Notes: generated by a model from the sequence alone, not told the origin. A stretch of DNA of 52,746 bases, filler included, from Catajapyx aquilonaris (GCA_000934665.2; 2 parts of 2 records of this genome joined end to end with filler, not necessarily neighbours in it); one strand, 5' to 3'. Counted from the whole stretch's first letter, positions 25,794 through 39,429 are shown. Numbers and translations are program-made.

Positions 25794-26249
25794 CAGTGCC
25801 GTGCACAATAGCATATAACAAGTGTAAACAACGACTTTGGCGTTACCTGGCAACTGGGCGTGTTCGGACATCGGCATGTGGAGAGTGCTTAGCGTTCTTT
25901 ATGTCGTTGCCACTGTTTACAGGTAGCGATTGATGCTGGGCGACCTATAGCGAAGGGTGTGTGCATGCTTACCAATGCATGGCATCGGAATAAGCGGGCT
26001 GAGGGGATATTATTTTGAGAAGGCGCTTCGTTATTATCACACTATCGTCACTGTCTTATTCCCACGATGATGGAGTTACGGAATGGCCAGCAAGATGAGA
26101 GGGATGTTCTAGTTCGCTACCTGGAAACAGTGGCAACGAGAGAAAGAACGCTAAGCACTCTCCACATGCCGATGTCCGAACACTCCCAGTTGCCAGGTAA
26201 TGCCAAAGTCGTTGTTTACACTTGTTATATGCTATTGTGCACGGCACTG
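25794..26249. mobile_element. Tc1-like MITE with about 135-bp TIRs
   Basis: CAGTGCCGTGCACAATAGCATATAACAAGTGTAAACAACGACTTTGGC... and its near-perfect reverse complement; TA TSD. Confidence 0.9.
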
Positions 26250-26255
26250 TACACA

Positions 26256-26438
26256 TGCCACACATCACATGTCAAAATGGCCAAAATTCAGTCATTTTTC
26301 GGCGACCGTGTTATTTCAAAGGGACTTGGGCCACCACAGTCGTCTGATCTTACACCGCCTGATTACTTCTTATGGGGCTATCTGAAAGGGCGAGTGTACC
26401 AAAACAAACCACAATCCATCGACTCCTTCAAAGAAAAC
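26256..26438 (+). mobile_element. Tc1/mariner (maT/rosa-like) transposase catalytic-region remnant
   Basis: CHTSH...FFGDRVISKGLGPPQSSDLTPPDYFLWGYLKGRVYQNKP, a degenerate WPPRSPDLTPxDYFLWGYLK motif. Confidence 0.85.
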
Positions 26439-26535
26439 TGTTGCATATGTTGATAGTTGCATATGTTGCATAGCGATGAATATCAATAAACTCTTTGACT
26501 AGTGGTAATTTAGAACAGACGTATTTTCCTTTCAC

Positions 26536-26635
26536 NNNNNNNNNNNNNNNNNNNNNNNNNNNNNNNNNNNNNNNNNNNNTTAATTAATTAANNNNNNNNN
26601 NNNNNNNNNNNNNNNNNNNNNNNNNNNNNNNNNNN
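26536..26635. other. Artificial assembly linker: N44-TTAATTAATTAA-N44
   Basis: Exactly 100 bp, symmetric, with a palindromic six-frame stop 12-mer at 26580-26591. Confidence 0.92.
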
Positions 26636-29222
26636 GGGGGGGGGGTCCGAAACTTTCCGTCCACGTACTTCTGTATGCAACGAATATTATTCCTGGCTAT
26701 ATTAATAAACGCGTTGCGTTTTCAGCAAGGGACCAAACGGAAGAACCCTGAGAAATTCACCCAAGCACAGTGACAATCCATCGATTTTTGTATACATTGA
26801 CAAAACTTTGAATCAAGAATCAATATTTAAGCTTCAAACGTTCAAAATCATGAATACCAGTTTAATGGGCCTGTTAACTTGGAACGACTGCTGTGTTGAG
26901 GTGGGAAATTGCATCATTTGCCCGTTTCTTTGGGGGAAAATATCTTGGTAAAATTTTTATGTGCTCCCGTGTCTGATTCCTTCTCTTGAATTCACGTCCA
27001 GTACCTACGGTGAAATACTGCTTCGGAAAATTTCAAATCATTTTCATGCATGCAAGCGAAAGTAATGCTAGAGGAGGAAATTAATAAATTGCTGGGGTCC
27101 GTTGCTGAAAATTGTCATAACTTTGTCAGAAGCAGAGTAGAACAAGTAGGTGGGAGCATAGGGAGTAGAAGTAAGGGTGGAAGGATGTGTTGGTTTTGAT
27201 ACTTGAATGGGCGCCCGTCACGAGCTCCGAGTCTGATTGGTAGAAGGTAAAACTTGGACAGAGTTCAAATGGAAAGTGCAAGGAAGAGTAGGACCAGTGG
27301 TCTGTTTTAGTGCAAATTGTCTTGTATACTAATAAATTTATCTATGCAAATAGTTACCCATAGAATTAAATGTAATGGTTTATTGGATAAAAGCTTCTGG
27401 CCTCCTGCGTGAGTTTGAAAGGACTTAATATCTTTGCTTAGCACCTGTAAAAATTATTTCACTACTTTACTGGTTCAGAAGGTAAAGTAAATAACTTTAT
27501 TATTTTTTTGTAATATTAAGGTAAATGTACCAGTGATCGCCATGTTAAGAAAAAAATTCGCGTCGGACACTCTTTCCAGGGGAATAATTTAAGAAATCTT
27601 CGATTTTAAAATATTGTTTGAATCGCTTGAATCTCTTTCAGCCAGTGCATATTCGTTCCACATCAGAGAGGAAAAGTTTGCGTTAAAAATTGTTGCTCCA
27701 ATATTCCCAACGCAAAATGATGATGTTCCAGTATTCTACACCAGTTATGTCCCAGTATTCTCCACCTCGCAGGGCCTTCAATGGTCAGGTCGCCGTAAGC
27801 TTTGCCACCGTCGACACGACCGTATTTACTGCTGCTGTGTTAATAGCATCAAGGAAGGGTCAGTTTTAAGTCCTGTCCGTTAACATAACTTCAGGTACGA
27901 CTCTATGCACGACATGTTTTACCTTACTGTCCAGCGTTTTTTTTTACTTTCCAGTCTCGGTTGGCGAATACATGGACAGTGCAGGAAACTGGTACACTTG
28001 CCTTAAGGGGGGGGATAAAGAATTGGGGAGTAAAAATCTCGCTAACTAACAACAGCAGAACCGATTTTTTTAGTGGAAGTGTAACTGACCTCTCTCTTAC
28101 ACATGTGTGTGGTACTTTTCCCATATTCTTAATATAGTATTTTTAAAGTCATTTGCATACGGGAGTAATTTACGCCGTCGTGAAATTTTAAGTGATGTCG
28201 TAACAAGCACCTAAAAATGCGCAAAAAATTGGTGCTCCTGACCGATTTTTATGTTTAGCTATAACCTTTTGGCAAATAATAATTTTGTCAAAAGACTGAT
28301 TTGAGAACTACTAGAAGTTGTGGGAACCCTCATTTTCACGGTTTTTATCGTCCCTAGCGAAATGGTCAACCTCAAACGCGACCCTTCTTTTGTGTAGCGA
28401 GGGTGGGATCGAGTGTCTCCTCTTTCGGCCAGAGTTGGAACTCGAAGAAGTCCGGATTCTCTATATCCCCACCTTAAATAAGCTACTGTATGTTTAAATG
28501 TTTTTTCAGAATAGGCTCATAGGTTGTGCGACGCGAATGATTCATTATAATATTATTGGAAGCAATACTTACAAGTGATAAAAATTCCAAGTGCAGAGTG
28601 TCCTCTTGTTTTCCAGACTTGGACGTAACGATGCTTGACCCCACATAATCAGGTTCGGATTCGAATCACATCGCCATTGATCCAATTATGCGGAGTACTT
28701 TGTATCCTTGTATCTGCCTTATGCTGCCCGCCAAACGAAGACGAAGATGATGGTCTTTTGTCACGAGTGGAGGAGCGTTGATAAGGGGCCGCTTTTGGAT
28801 CCAGACCAGATTTCCTCCTTCGTGAGATGCTCTTCCCCTGTCTCCTCCTGCATCTGCAATCAAGAGCACAAATTGGGGAGTGATTTTTTTTTTAAACTCG
28901 GCCGACTTTGCATTCGAGGCATTCACATCTCCCCTAGACCTCATCATTGTCTCATAATAAACCCCCTCATCCACACAACTTGTTCCTCTAGAACCCTGGG
29001 AATTCAAATGTCTAAGCGAATTTGATTGCGGCGACGAAAAACATAACAAATAAAAAATATTGCGTGTATATTAATGCTATATTATACGCACTCATGAACA
29101 GCGAATGAGTTTGCAGAAGTAGGTATGAAGCTTTTGAGTAGGGTAGACATTATTCTGCTGAATCATCTGGATACATGCTACCCCTTAAATCATCTCTAAC
29201 AGTAAGAAGGTTCTGTAATATA

Positions 29223-29812
29223 CGTGGTGCGTCTGAAAAGTTCAGTGAATGTTACAATAAAAGCACCAAAAAGATAGTTGTACATAGGAATTACATTTAT
29301 TGACCTTCAAAGTGCTCTCCATCAGACACAACACACTTTTGAAATAGTTCGTAAAGCTTCTTCTGAAAAGAGTTATAAAAATTAATCTCTGGACCCCCCC
29401 TCCAGATCTGTGTCACCCTGGCCTGAAACTCCACGACGCGACGTCCACAAAACCTGATCCCTTCATGAATCCTGTAAGGCTCATCAGTGTGGTATCACTG
29501 CCGTTTTGGATCACCCACTGTACTCCCCTGACCTTTCACCTGCACACTTTTTTATTTGTTTAATAGCCATTAATGAAGAGATTGTGCTTTGCCGACGTTC
29601 AGACGTGTGCACCGCTGTGTGAAAACATACTTGGAGGGTGGTCCGAAAATAAATTTTTCTTGCTGTTCTCAGAAGCTTTATGAACGATTTCAAAAGTGTG
29701 TTGTGTCTAACGGAGAGCACTTTGAAGGCCAATAAAGGTAATTCTAATATAAGTTATCGTCGGTTTTGCTGCTTTTATTGTAACATTCACCGAACTTTTC
29801 AGATGCGCCACG
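29223..29812. mobile_element. Palindromic mariner MITE built from 3' ends
   Basis: About 145-bp inverted arms CGTGG(T/C)GC(G/A)TCTGAAAAGTTC..., TA TSD. Plus-strand remnants DHPLYSPDLSPAHF (about 29509) and LYERFQKCVVSNGEHFEGQ*. Confidence 0.88.
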
Positions 29813-32800
29813 TATACTGTCTTGTATACACTCGTCTGTATAGGAGTGATGCATAACGAGGATGAATATGCGGAAATTTTACACCATAATTTCCTCACTA
29901 AATATTTTCCTGCATTTTTCTGAACCAGTACACTACAGTATACCCCCAAGAAACTGTATCTTCATAGTCGTGGCCTATTTTATGCCGATTTTTTGACGTT
30001 TGTACTATAGTTTCATCTTGTTAGCAAGAATTCTAAATAATAATTGCAATTCTTGGTTTGTTAATTACGGTGCCGGGTTCTGGGAAACGTTTATTCCTAG
30101 GGTGTCTACCAACAACAGACGAGCCAGAATATTATAATAATTAGAGGGCCGCAGCCCCACGTAAATCCCACTTCAGGAGGTGACCATTGAAGCCGCTTTA
30201 GATGCCATAAAGGACGTAATTACACGTCAGCCTCATTTCACTAGAATCAAAGCCAGTTTCTCAAGCGATGTTGATGATGATGTGTCGGTGAAACTTGGAC
30301 TTTGCTTCCAAAGCTGGAGCGGGGACGGGTGGGGGGAGAGGGGGTTGAAAGACTTGTCTTTTAACAACCCTGAGTTATGCTGCTTTAATTCCTCTAGAAC
30401 CCCTCGTCCCCCTTAGATTTGATTCAGATGCTAAACGTCGTCGAGGGCTTTACATGAAGCGGCACAAGGAGGACTATTATTCACAGTGCTCACCACCAGT
30501 TATTACCACAGTCCTACGGACACGTGAAGTATACCGTATTCCTGCCTGCGACTGTTTTACATGTGAATCCAGCTGAAACTCCAACTCGAGCCTGGGCTCA
30601 TTCCGCTTTTGTGACCAGAACACCCGTAGCATGTAGGCGTACATATCGTGGTATAGAAGTTGGCATTATATGTTGCCTGTCCAAGTTGCGGGGACGAGTG
30701 AGCAAGATTCGCTTAATGCACATGTTTTTGCAGAAATCGCATCACTGCAAAACTGAGGCGGAATACACGAGTGCGTTGCCATAGTGTCACCATCCGAGCG
30801 AGTAATGCGTTTTAGTGAAGGTAGCTTACGCGAATGCACAATATTTTGTGTACTACCGTGCAGGCGAAAACACGGTAATTGATAATTCACGCCAAAACTG
30901 ACCATGCATTTGACCATTCACTCCATCAGGTGTGACCCACTTATTCAAGAAGCTGAAATTGGGAGGAAGAGCACTGAAATGTAATTATTATTTTACTAAA
31001 TTTACCATTAAAAGGCGGTAACTTGCATTTGCCCGAAATCAAAGTTGTGGCACATAATATTATCGAAAGAGATACTCTTGGCACTGACAATAACTTTTAT
31101 TTACAGGTTCTCAGACAATGGATAGTGCTCAGCATTTAGTATATTACTGCAATAAAATACCAGTATATATTATGGGAGAGAGGAAGGGATGGCGGAAAAG
31201 AGATATTTATCTGAAATGAATTAACTACCACGACAAATTTCAACGGCATAAAATGGGGAACAATAAAACTGTTTAAATCATATCGATCTCAATTTAAATA
31301 TTGCACTAAAATGGTTTTATCTTTAAAAATAAAATTTCGAACCAATTTATATAGTTTGAAGCATTACAATCCTGTAGGCCTAAGTCGGAAGAGTTAATCA
31401 GTGTCATTGTTGCTGCTTTTTCTGGGGTTCAGGGCTGATTTGACGCTGGCGTCGTCCACGGAGCACAACGGTCCGTGTTCGGGTGGCTGGCGGACAGCTG
31501 TTCGATCCCGTGATCCACGCACAGTCTATCCTTGGTCCGTTCGATCGAGTTCGATCCATCCACTGCACTGGTTCGATGACCGGGGGGGGGGGNTTGAATC
31601 GGTTTGAAGCCCGGCTTTGGATAATAATACGGTATATTTGAATTGGCGGTTTGGGTTGGTTCAGGAAAGCGTCCGCCAGAACGTGACCCGAACGTGACGT
31701 CTAAGTGTTGTGCTCTGAGGAGCCACGCCAGCGCCAAATAGAACATTCTCCCGTGGGGGGGAGGGGGGGGGGAGCGCAACTAAGCTCACTCCTTTCCCCG
31801 TAGGACGAGATAGGGAGTTGCGGGGGGCTGTAACTTGACTAATGCGAATGCTTGTGTACAGTACACTGTGACACGTATGGAGAAGACCACAGTGAAGAAA
31901 ATGACACTCGCTACAGGCAATGATTTATTCCTCCACCACATTCACTGGTTCCGGGGCCGATGGACTGGCGTAAAACCGTAGTGACCATTGCCAGCACGGC
32001 AATGGTCCGGAAAGGAGAGTTCTAGCCTGAGTATACAATAGCAAAGGGGAATTTAACAAAAAGGCTTCATCAAGTGTTGGAGATTTTTAGGTGGGTGATT
32101 TTTATCACAACAAACTAGACTTGCTCTACTTTTTACAAGTATTACAAAAAGTATAACTGTCGTGCGTCAAGCAAAGTAGCTGCTTAAAACAAGCAGCTGA
32201 GAGAGAGGTATAGCCTATATATGGGATTGGTAAACAAGGACGGTACTACTGACAGAAATATTCTACTTATTAATCCGATTTTCAATGAGCAGAAAATATT
32301 ACTTTCCATGAAGCAATTGAAAGTAACTGCTACATTCTTCGAGACTTATGTTACTACGTATACCGGTACTTCTTTTGTGGGACCCAAAAAATCAATGGCG
32401 ACAGCTATTTCCTCGACATTGCATTGGACATACTGTACTTGTATAACTTACTGTATATCCTAATATAGGATTGGTGCACATATTTCAGTAGTACATACAA
32501 GTATGCGTATACATCGATGTGTGAGCTCCGAGGATTGCGGAAGTTTATAGAGTATCCAAAATTTTAGACTGGGAAAACCGACGTAGGGCAGGTTGTACTG
32601 GTACTTGTATCAACTCAAATTACGAGAAAATCTCTGGCTATGTATTGTGAATACCTAAACTGAATCGTAGATTTGGGACCTAGGATGTCCTGTATATAGG
32701 TAGGTCGTACAACTGTATGACTTTTGAATGCCATGTTTTGTCATATGAGGGTCCTTTCTAGCATCCCTCTAAGCCTGAACTTGACTACGGTACTAAAAAC

Positions 32801-35800
32801 AAAAAAAAAATGAAATGAAATGGTAAAGCGAGTGCACATACAGGGTGTTGCAAGTGAAATGTTTATAGTGGCTAAAGCTTTTAGGAATAAGTTGATTATT
32901 TCTATTAAAATGGTTACTTTGCAGTTTAGTAGTTATTAAATATTTTAGTTGCTAATATTAGCCCGTATTGAATCACTCATGTAGGCGTCGGCTATGAATT
33001 ACAATAAATTTCTGATTGGGGGACAGTGTTATGCAATAATGAGTTTTAATAATGAGACCAGTTTCGATAAAAGGGGCTTTGAAGGTCATACCTGTGAAAT
33101 TAATTCAGTGTTATTTTCGGTCATTTATGGCAGAAGTATCCAGATTTCACCAGCGTAAACTGAATGAAGTAGGATTCTTTAGGTATATGTTCCTGGGCTT
33201 GGCTCAATTTTGACATTTTTGTGGGTTTTTGTCCAAATGGCATTTTAAGTTAATGATAATATAGAACCCCCTTTCTGGTAGGTCAGATACCCTTTCCCTT
33301 TGTAGGATTTTAAAAGGACGGGGCTATGCAAGATACAGTATTGTTCCCAAGCAAAGTAGCTGCTTAAAACAAGCAGCTTAGAACAGTAAAAACTATAAAT
33401 AGTCATTTCAACTGGAACAACCCGTATAATGAGTGGTTTTTGCAGGAGTATAGGTGCCTTTGACCTCTCTGTAGGCCCTACAGCTGGACAAAGGGTGTTT
33501 AATGATGTATGGGGGGGTTTCTGTGTTGGTTGTCGTCTATACTGGTGGTGAAGTGCACCTTCTGCGCATCTTTGTGTCTCTGCTACCCTCCGGGACAAAG
33601 AATGTGGCAGTTATAAAGTGTTGTTTAGGTTTATTGTAGGAGCCAGACAACTAAAGTGAGGTATGTGTGAAGGTGGGATAGGGAAGTAAGCGGCAGTCGT
33701 CGTTAGGGCCTTTTCACACTATGGGTAAAATTTTGGTGGACTTCTCAGAGATCCACGCAGCCACAAAATCTTCATGGCCCGTTTCAAGAGCAATTTTCAA
33801 ATTTATATTTGTAATCTACTTTCACCCAACATATATTCAGGAGTTAATTGGTAATCTTTCTGGTCATATCCTCATTATTTACTCTTCAGGGAGATTAGTA
33901 TGTTGCACTTTATGTCGCTGTATCTCATAATTGCCTTACTATCTGTAATCATGAATACGCCCATACTGTACTTGGAAGTAGAGGAATTCTTTGCGATTGG
34001 TGAAGATATATATCAAATTGTACTATAAGCAGGGCCATTTGTTTTGTTCATTTGAAGCCTCTCGTATGTACAAAAATCAGCCGTGTGAGAATTTTGTGAT
34101 TGACCTCATTTATGCATAGCACCAGCTGTGTCAGATCCTCTATATTCGCCGACCCTGTGGATCCAACATATTACTTTCAAAGGCACTTTCACAGCCTGAA
34201 ACTTGACAAACTTGCAAAAACGTACCATCTAATCTTCCCCATTTTAACACTCTAAAATTGGGGACCTTCCCATCCCAGTGAATCACGTGATTAATTATTA
34301 TGAGATGGGAATTTGTCGCCTTTTACATGTCAGGAGCAAGAAGGAAATACAATAATAATAAAAACAACAGAGACTCACGAAGGAAGTAGGCAAATCGGGA
34401 GAGAAAAGGACAGAGAGTGTGGGATTAAGTGGAGACAAACGAAGGTTAATGAATGTGGAAGTTGGCTGAGAGGGCCATTACAGGGGATGAGGGGAGATTT
34501 GCCTGGATGCTGGAACCAACTAGGCTTCTACCTGGGGGAGTACCGGCAGAAAGAGAGGACGTTCTTCCTTCGCAGACATGAACTGCGATCACTCTTGCAC
34601 TCTACGAGACCCTTAGTCACCAGCACAAAACGTGCACCAGATGAGGCCTGGAAACTAATCACGCTTAGGCCTCCGGGTTTTACATTTATAAGAATCTACT
34701 CCAGTGTCTGTCTGAACCAATTACATGCTACGAGCTTTTACTGACAGACATTAAATTATGTCGTGTTGTAAGGAGCACGGAGACACTTCCCTCAAGAGAC
34801 ACAAAAATGTGAACAAATTTAAGCCCTTTTGGCAAATAGGACACGTGTCAGGAGGAACTGGAATGGAGAAAATCGAGAAAAACGCACAGCTTGGTAAATG
34901 ACAAGTGCCCTTTATGCCGATAATATGCAATTCGGCTCACGTGGCATGTGCCCTTGTTACAAAGCAGCCTAATCTTCAAACCTCATTTTCAGCTGTGACA
35001 AATGTTTCTTTTGATGTACACTTTCCTCAGGACCTCAGAACCCCCCCCCCCCTGCCATGTAGTGATGATAACTCGAATGTTCCAAAAGAGTGACATGTGC
35101 CCTTTTTGCCAAAAGGGCTTCAATTGGAACGTCTGTTACATTATTTTCCAAAGTCAGTTACATCAATTAAGGATTGAATCCGACGTGTTCCCAGGTATTG
35201 TTAATCCTTCAGTATTTCTTTACTGAAATACAGGTTGGTTCAATGACGAAGCCCCTCACGTTACGGACTGTCAACCCAGCAATTCCCTACCGCTCATTTC
35301 CCTCCTGCTTCCTAATCACCAAATTAGTGAAACAGCCTTTAGACCCTGAGCCTACCAAATCAAGTGCTGCGCACCATCAACACAAACAGCAGCATCCTGC
35401 ATAAGAAATATGCTGCGGAAATGCTGATACAGGGGGCTACTCTCCGGTTGTATACTTACTCGCGGTTACAGGTGGATTACGGGCGGTTATAACTTTCTGG
35501 CCATGTACTACACCGGTTACTCGGAAGTTGCCAGCACTTTGAACATGTGGACCAGTTTGGTGGGAGCCGAAATAAAAGCATTAGAAATCAATAAAATTAA
35601 TTGTAGATGTCGAAAATCTGCACGGAAATATTCCAAAGAGCATACAAAATCATGGATTTTCGTGGATATCATTGGCACTAAGCTATATTTACCTCTTATC
35701 TCCAGTTAAAATGGTCGGCGAGACAGACAATTAATAAATCTGAGAGTTAAATGGGTTTGAAAAAAATTGAATCATTTATACACCGATTTCTGAAATTGTT

Positions 35801-36854
35801 CTTACTTGGCAATAACCAATTTTGTCTTTAATATTCCGGGTAAAATGATGTGCCTTTAATGATAACTTTGGTAGAGAAGATATAACTTCCAAAATGGCAG
35901 TTAGGTGTAAACGTGAGGCCAAAATTGAAACCATCGACCAAGCAAAAGAGTTTGGAAGAAAATTCGCTCTAAATTTCACTTGCAGATTTCGTGCCAAAAT
36001 GATGCGGAATTAATAATAAAAGGTCGCTGGGAAGCGAATAGAAGGTTGATGATGGGAACCCCCCGTAGATTTTATGAGTCGCAAATCATCTTCCTAAACC
36101 TATTCTGAGACTCGATATTGCTACTTGGTTGCTACATTGTGACGCAAGATCCGCACAGGAAAGTAGGTCATTCACATTTTCTTCTTTTTTTATATAAAAT
36201 CTGAATAGAAAGTGGTTTCGGTTAGAAAAGGAAAATTAAACGATTCGCTTAAACTTTGTGTGTCTCGGGTCTGACTCCATAAAACGTAGCTTCTCTGTAA
36301 ACATATTGGGTTATAAAATTGAACATTTATGGGGATGGGTTTCCAGAGGGACAGGATTATAAAAGACGGTTCACTTTTGCCCTCACTTTATGTACCTTTG
36401 GTTTACAGCACCATTCTTACGAATTTAGGAGCAATAAAGTGTTGAATTAATTTCTGCTAGTAGTTTTACCGGTTAGAACAGAGCAAATAGTGTTTTAGGA
36501 GTTCCCTTCAGTCCACAACAAATTTTGTACATGAATGTGCAACATAGAACATACGTAACAAAGACATCAGCACTTGTCTCAATTTTATTGAATTATAATA
36601 TTAAAATATTGTGTTAAATATTTGTCTCATTCACGTGGTTTACTATATTCCTCGAGGTAATAATTTATTGGATATATATATCGTTCTCCAGTAATAATTG
36701 GAGTGATTTTCGGATAATTAATTTTGTCACGCACCTTTGCTTTTTTTCTGTTTGCTCATCATTCATCCTTACAAGGTGTTAACCGACTGTGAAGTGTGAA
36801 GGAGTACCAAAGAGTAAGGTACCTAAGGAGTATATGGGAGTACCACTGCAGGTA

Positions 36855-37364
36855 AATAATGGATACCCCGTGATAAGCCTCCTTGAGCTTTATAGGAAAT
36901 CATCTTTTAATTGACCGCCTTTAATCATTGCCTTTGATGTGATGGATTTTGATAGTGGGAGGAAACGGGAGAACTCCGAGAAAACCCACGCGAACACGGA
37001 GAGAACCCATCGTAACTCTATCCACATAACGTCGCTGTGGAGACAAAACCGCGTAACTCGCATTTCGGCCGATTTCGGTTTTTTTATTCTGAAAATCTGG
37101 CATTTTGCGATGCATCTGCCATCAAAACCGCGTAATTTTTTGCCCAATAGGAGCGAAGATATGGCCAGGTTAAAATATGATATCTCAATGCGATTTGCAA
37201 TTTTTTATTCGGTTTTTTTGCTCTCCTGAAAAATTAGTATTATTCGAGTTACGTGGTTTTGACTCCACAGCGATAAGTAATATCCTCTGTCCCATCCGGG
37301 GATAAAACTCGAGACCTTACAGGTGGAAGGTTGCGACGCTAACCACTACACCACCGTGTCGCCC
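36855..37364 (-). mobile_element. SINE family A, older copy interrupted by a MITE
   Basis: Matches 15517-15776 on both sides of the insert at 37032-37273. Confidence 0.88.
37032..37273. mobile_element. MITE with 29-bp TIRs, superfamily unassigned
   Basis: TCGCTGTGGAG(A/T)CAAAACC(G/A)CGTAACTCG at both ends; absent from the other family A SINE copies. Confidence 0.85.
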
Positions 37365-39380
37365 ACGTGTACACCGGAGTACCGAAGTGGTTAACCCCTT
37401 GCTTCCTTACTACTGTATCATGACATTATCAAGATGTTTCCAGGCCAAAATTTGAATACATCCCTCTAGAACTGGCTTATAATCATTCCATCTGTATGTT
37501 AAAAAGTAGCTAAATCGCCTTTATTCCCTTCCGGTTTCCACCAGTGGAGGTAGTCAATAGTAGAATTATCCTGTGAAAATTCCTGGGGTCCGATATTAAA
37601 AATTAGCATCCCGTTATATCCGGAACCTCATTGAAATTCAGGCTCGGATCAGGAATTTCTGGACAGGAGTAGCAGCAGGAAGAGCTTATACCCCCCCCCC
37701 CTCCCCCCTCTCCTCCTACCTTCCACCCTCCAAATAGAGTCGGACGAGAGGGGGAGGGCGGGAAGGTGTTTACCCAACACTGCATAATATATGAGGAGGA
37801 CTGGTTTTACAGCGTTGCCAAAGTGACCGTGGGCTGTCAGAGTGCGGCGAATCGCCGCACCCGAAAATCCCCGTTAATGAATCGTCCTCGGGATACCACA
37901 TTACGTAATGCATGAGAGAGTGGGAGGGGTGACGGGGGGTTAGGTAGGTGGCGGGGGTGCTCTGGAGGCCTATTACGTGCTATGGAAGCCTCCGTCACGC
38001 TGCTTGGACCATTTTCGAGGGTGTAGGTCCACATTTAAGAGGAGCCGCAAACTATTGTTTGAACCCATCTCTTCCCCTCCCCCCTCCCCTACCATCAGGC
38101 CGTGGATGCATTAAATTTGTCGGCCATAACGAGCCCATCTCCCAACTATAGTGGGTGGTCAGTGTCATGGTTGTGGACATGCTCTCCCGTGACGTCATTG
38201 CCTACCCGCAAACACAGGCCGCAATCACGTTTCACACTAAATCACGCCCTTGTTGCCATTCTTTTCGATGTCATAACGTGTGTTTGGAACAACTGGAACA
38301 TGGATCCAGCATTTCAAAATGGAGTTGAAAGTTTGGAACCCTGTTCGTTTTGTTCTGAAATGCACGCATTGCAATATGGATGGCGAGCCCTTCACACGTC
38401 ATGTATAGATAGGTGGTGTCCGAGGTATTTTTTCAATCGGAAAAATGAACTTGGTATTGAAAACGGATCCCTTCGTAGCTCTGGGTCTTCTGGTTACTTC
38501 CCTGCCTCCACTGTAAAGTTTGGAGTACTGTAGCCTACGATGGGGTTATCCTGGCTTGAATGCAACCCATTGCACATGGGTGGGTGTGTTCTTGTCTTCA
38601 ATAAGATGTGGGACCGGAAGTATGCGTTTTTATGACATTTTGGGTCCCCACAGCTTCACACACCAGAACGTTACCGTTATAGTGGGGACATGTCCCCACA
38701 ATTTCGATTTGCAAGGTTTCACAAAAGTCCATTTCTCTCAGCCTAGGTTAGTTAGGGTAGGGTATAGGTTAGGTAGGGTAGGATATGTTAGTGCTGTGTG
38801 TATCATAAAGACAGATAAGTTGGCTCCGAGACCGAGCAAATCAGATAAGGGGCGGGGTCAGATAACCACAGATATACACACAAACGCACGCTCACACACC
38901 TGCGCAATTGGTTGCATCCAAACCAGGATAACCCGCCGATCCTTGTTTGGGCCATAACGCCTTATATCAAACAAGTTTTTTTGCAGTGATGTTATCAAAC
39001 AAAACTGCCATAAAATTAAACCGCATAATTCAAATTTCGTGTTAATTATGCATTTATGCAAACGCTGCATTTATTAACAGGGATCCGGATATATCCACCT
39101 TGGAGGCTATTTTTATTAAGTTATATCATACAGTATAGTCAACACGACAACACCTTATGCACTGTTCTGTTTTTTGGGAATGTCCTGAAAACAAAAATGC
39201 ATCAAAAACGAAGTTATTATGTTAAATGAAATAAAAGTTAAACAACAAAAGCGAATTCTTTTAAAAATACAGTAGTACCGTATAAATTGGCCAAGATGGT
39301 TATTTAGTCTTGTCGGTGTCACCTACAGTACATTATTGCTGTTATTATTATGATGATGAGAATGGTTATGATGTTATTTT

Positions 39381-39429
<49 letters not shown>
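39381..39429. repeat. (TAC)n microsatellite
   Basis: About 16 tandem units. Confidence 0.95.

Noticed and set aside
34328..34803. Possible solo LTR (TGTCAGGAG...GACACA) and the 143-aa ORF within
   Set aside because: No matching TSD, second LTR or primer-binding site, and no domain similarity; insufficient support.
38744..38782. TTAGG-like telomeric repeats
   Set aside because: Short and degenerate; such tracts are common inside arthropod DNA-element remnants.
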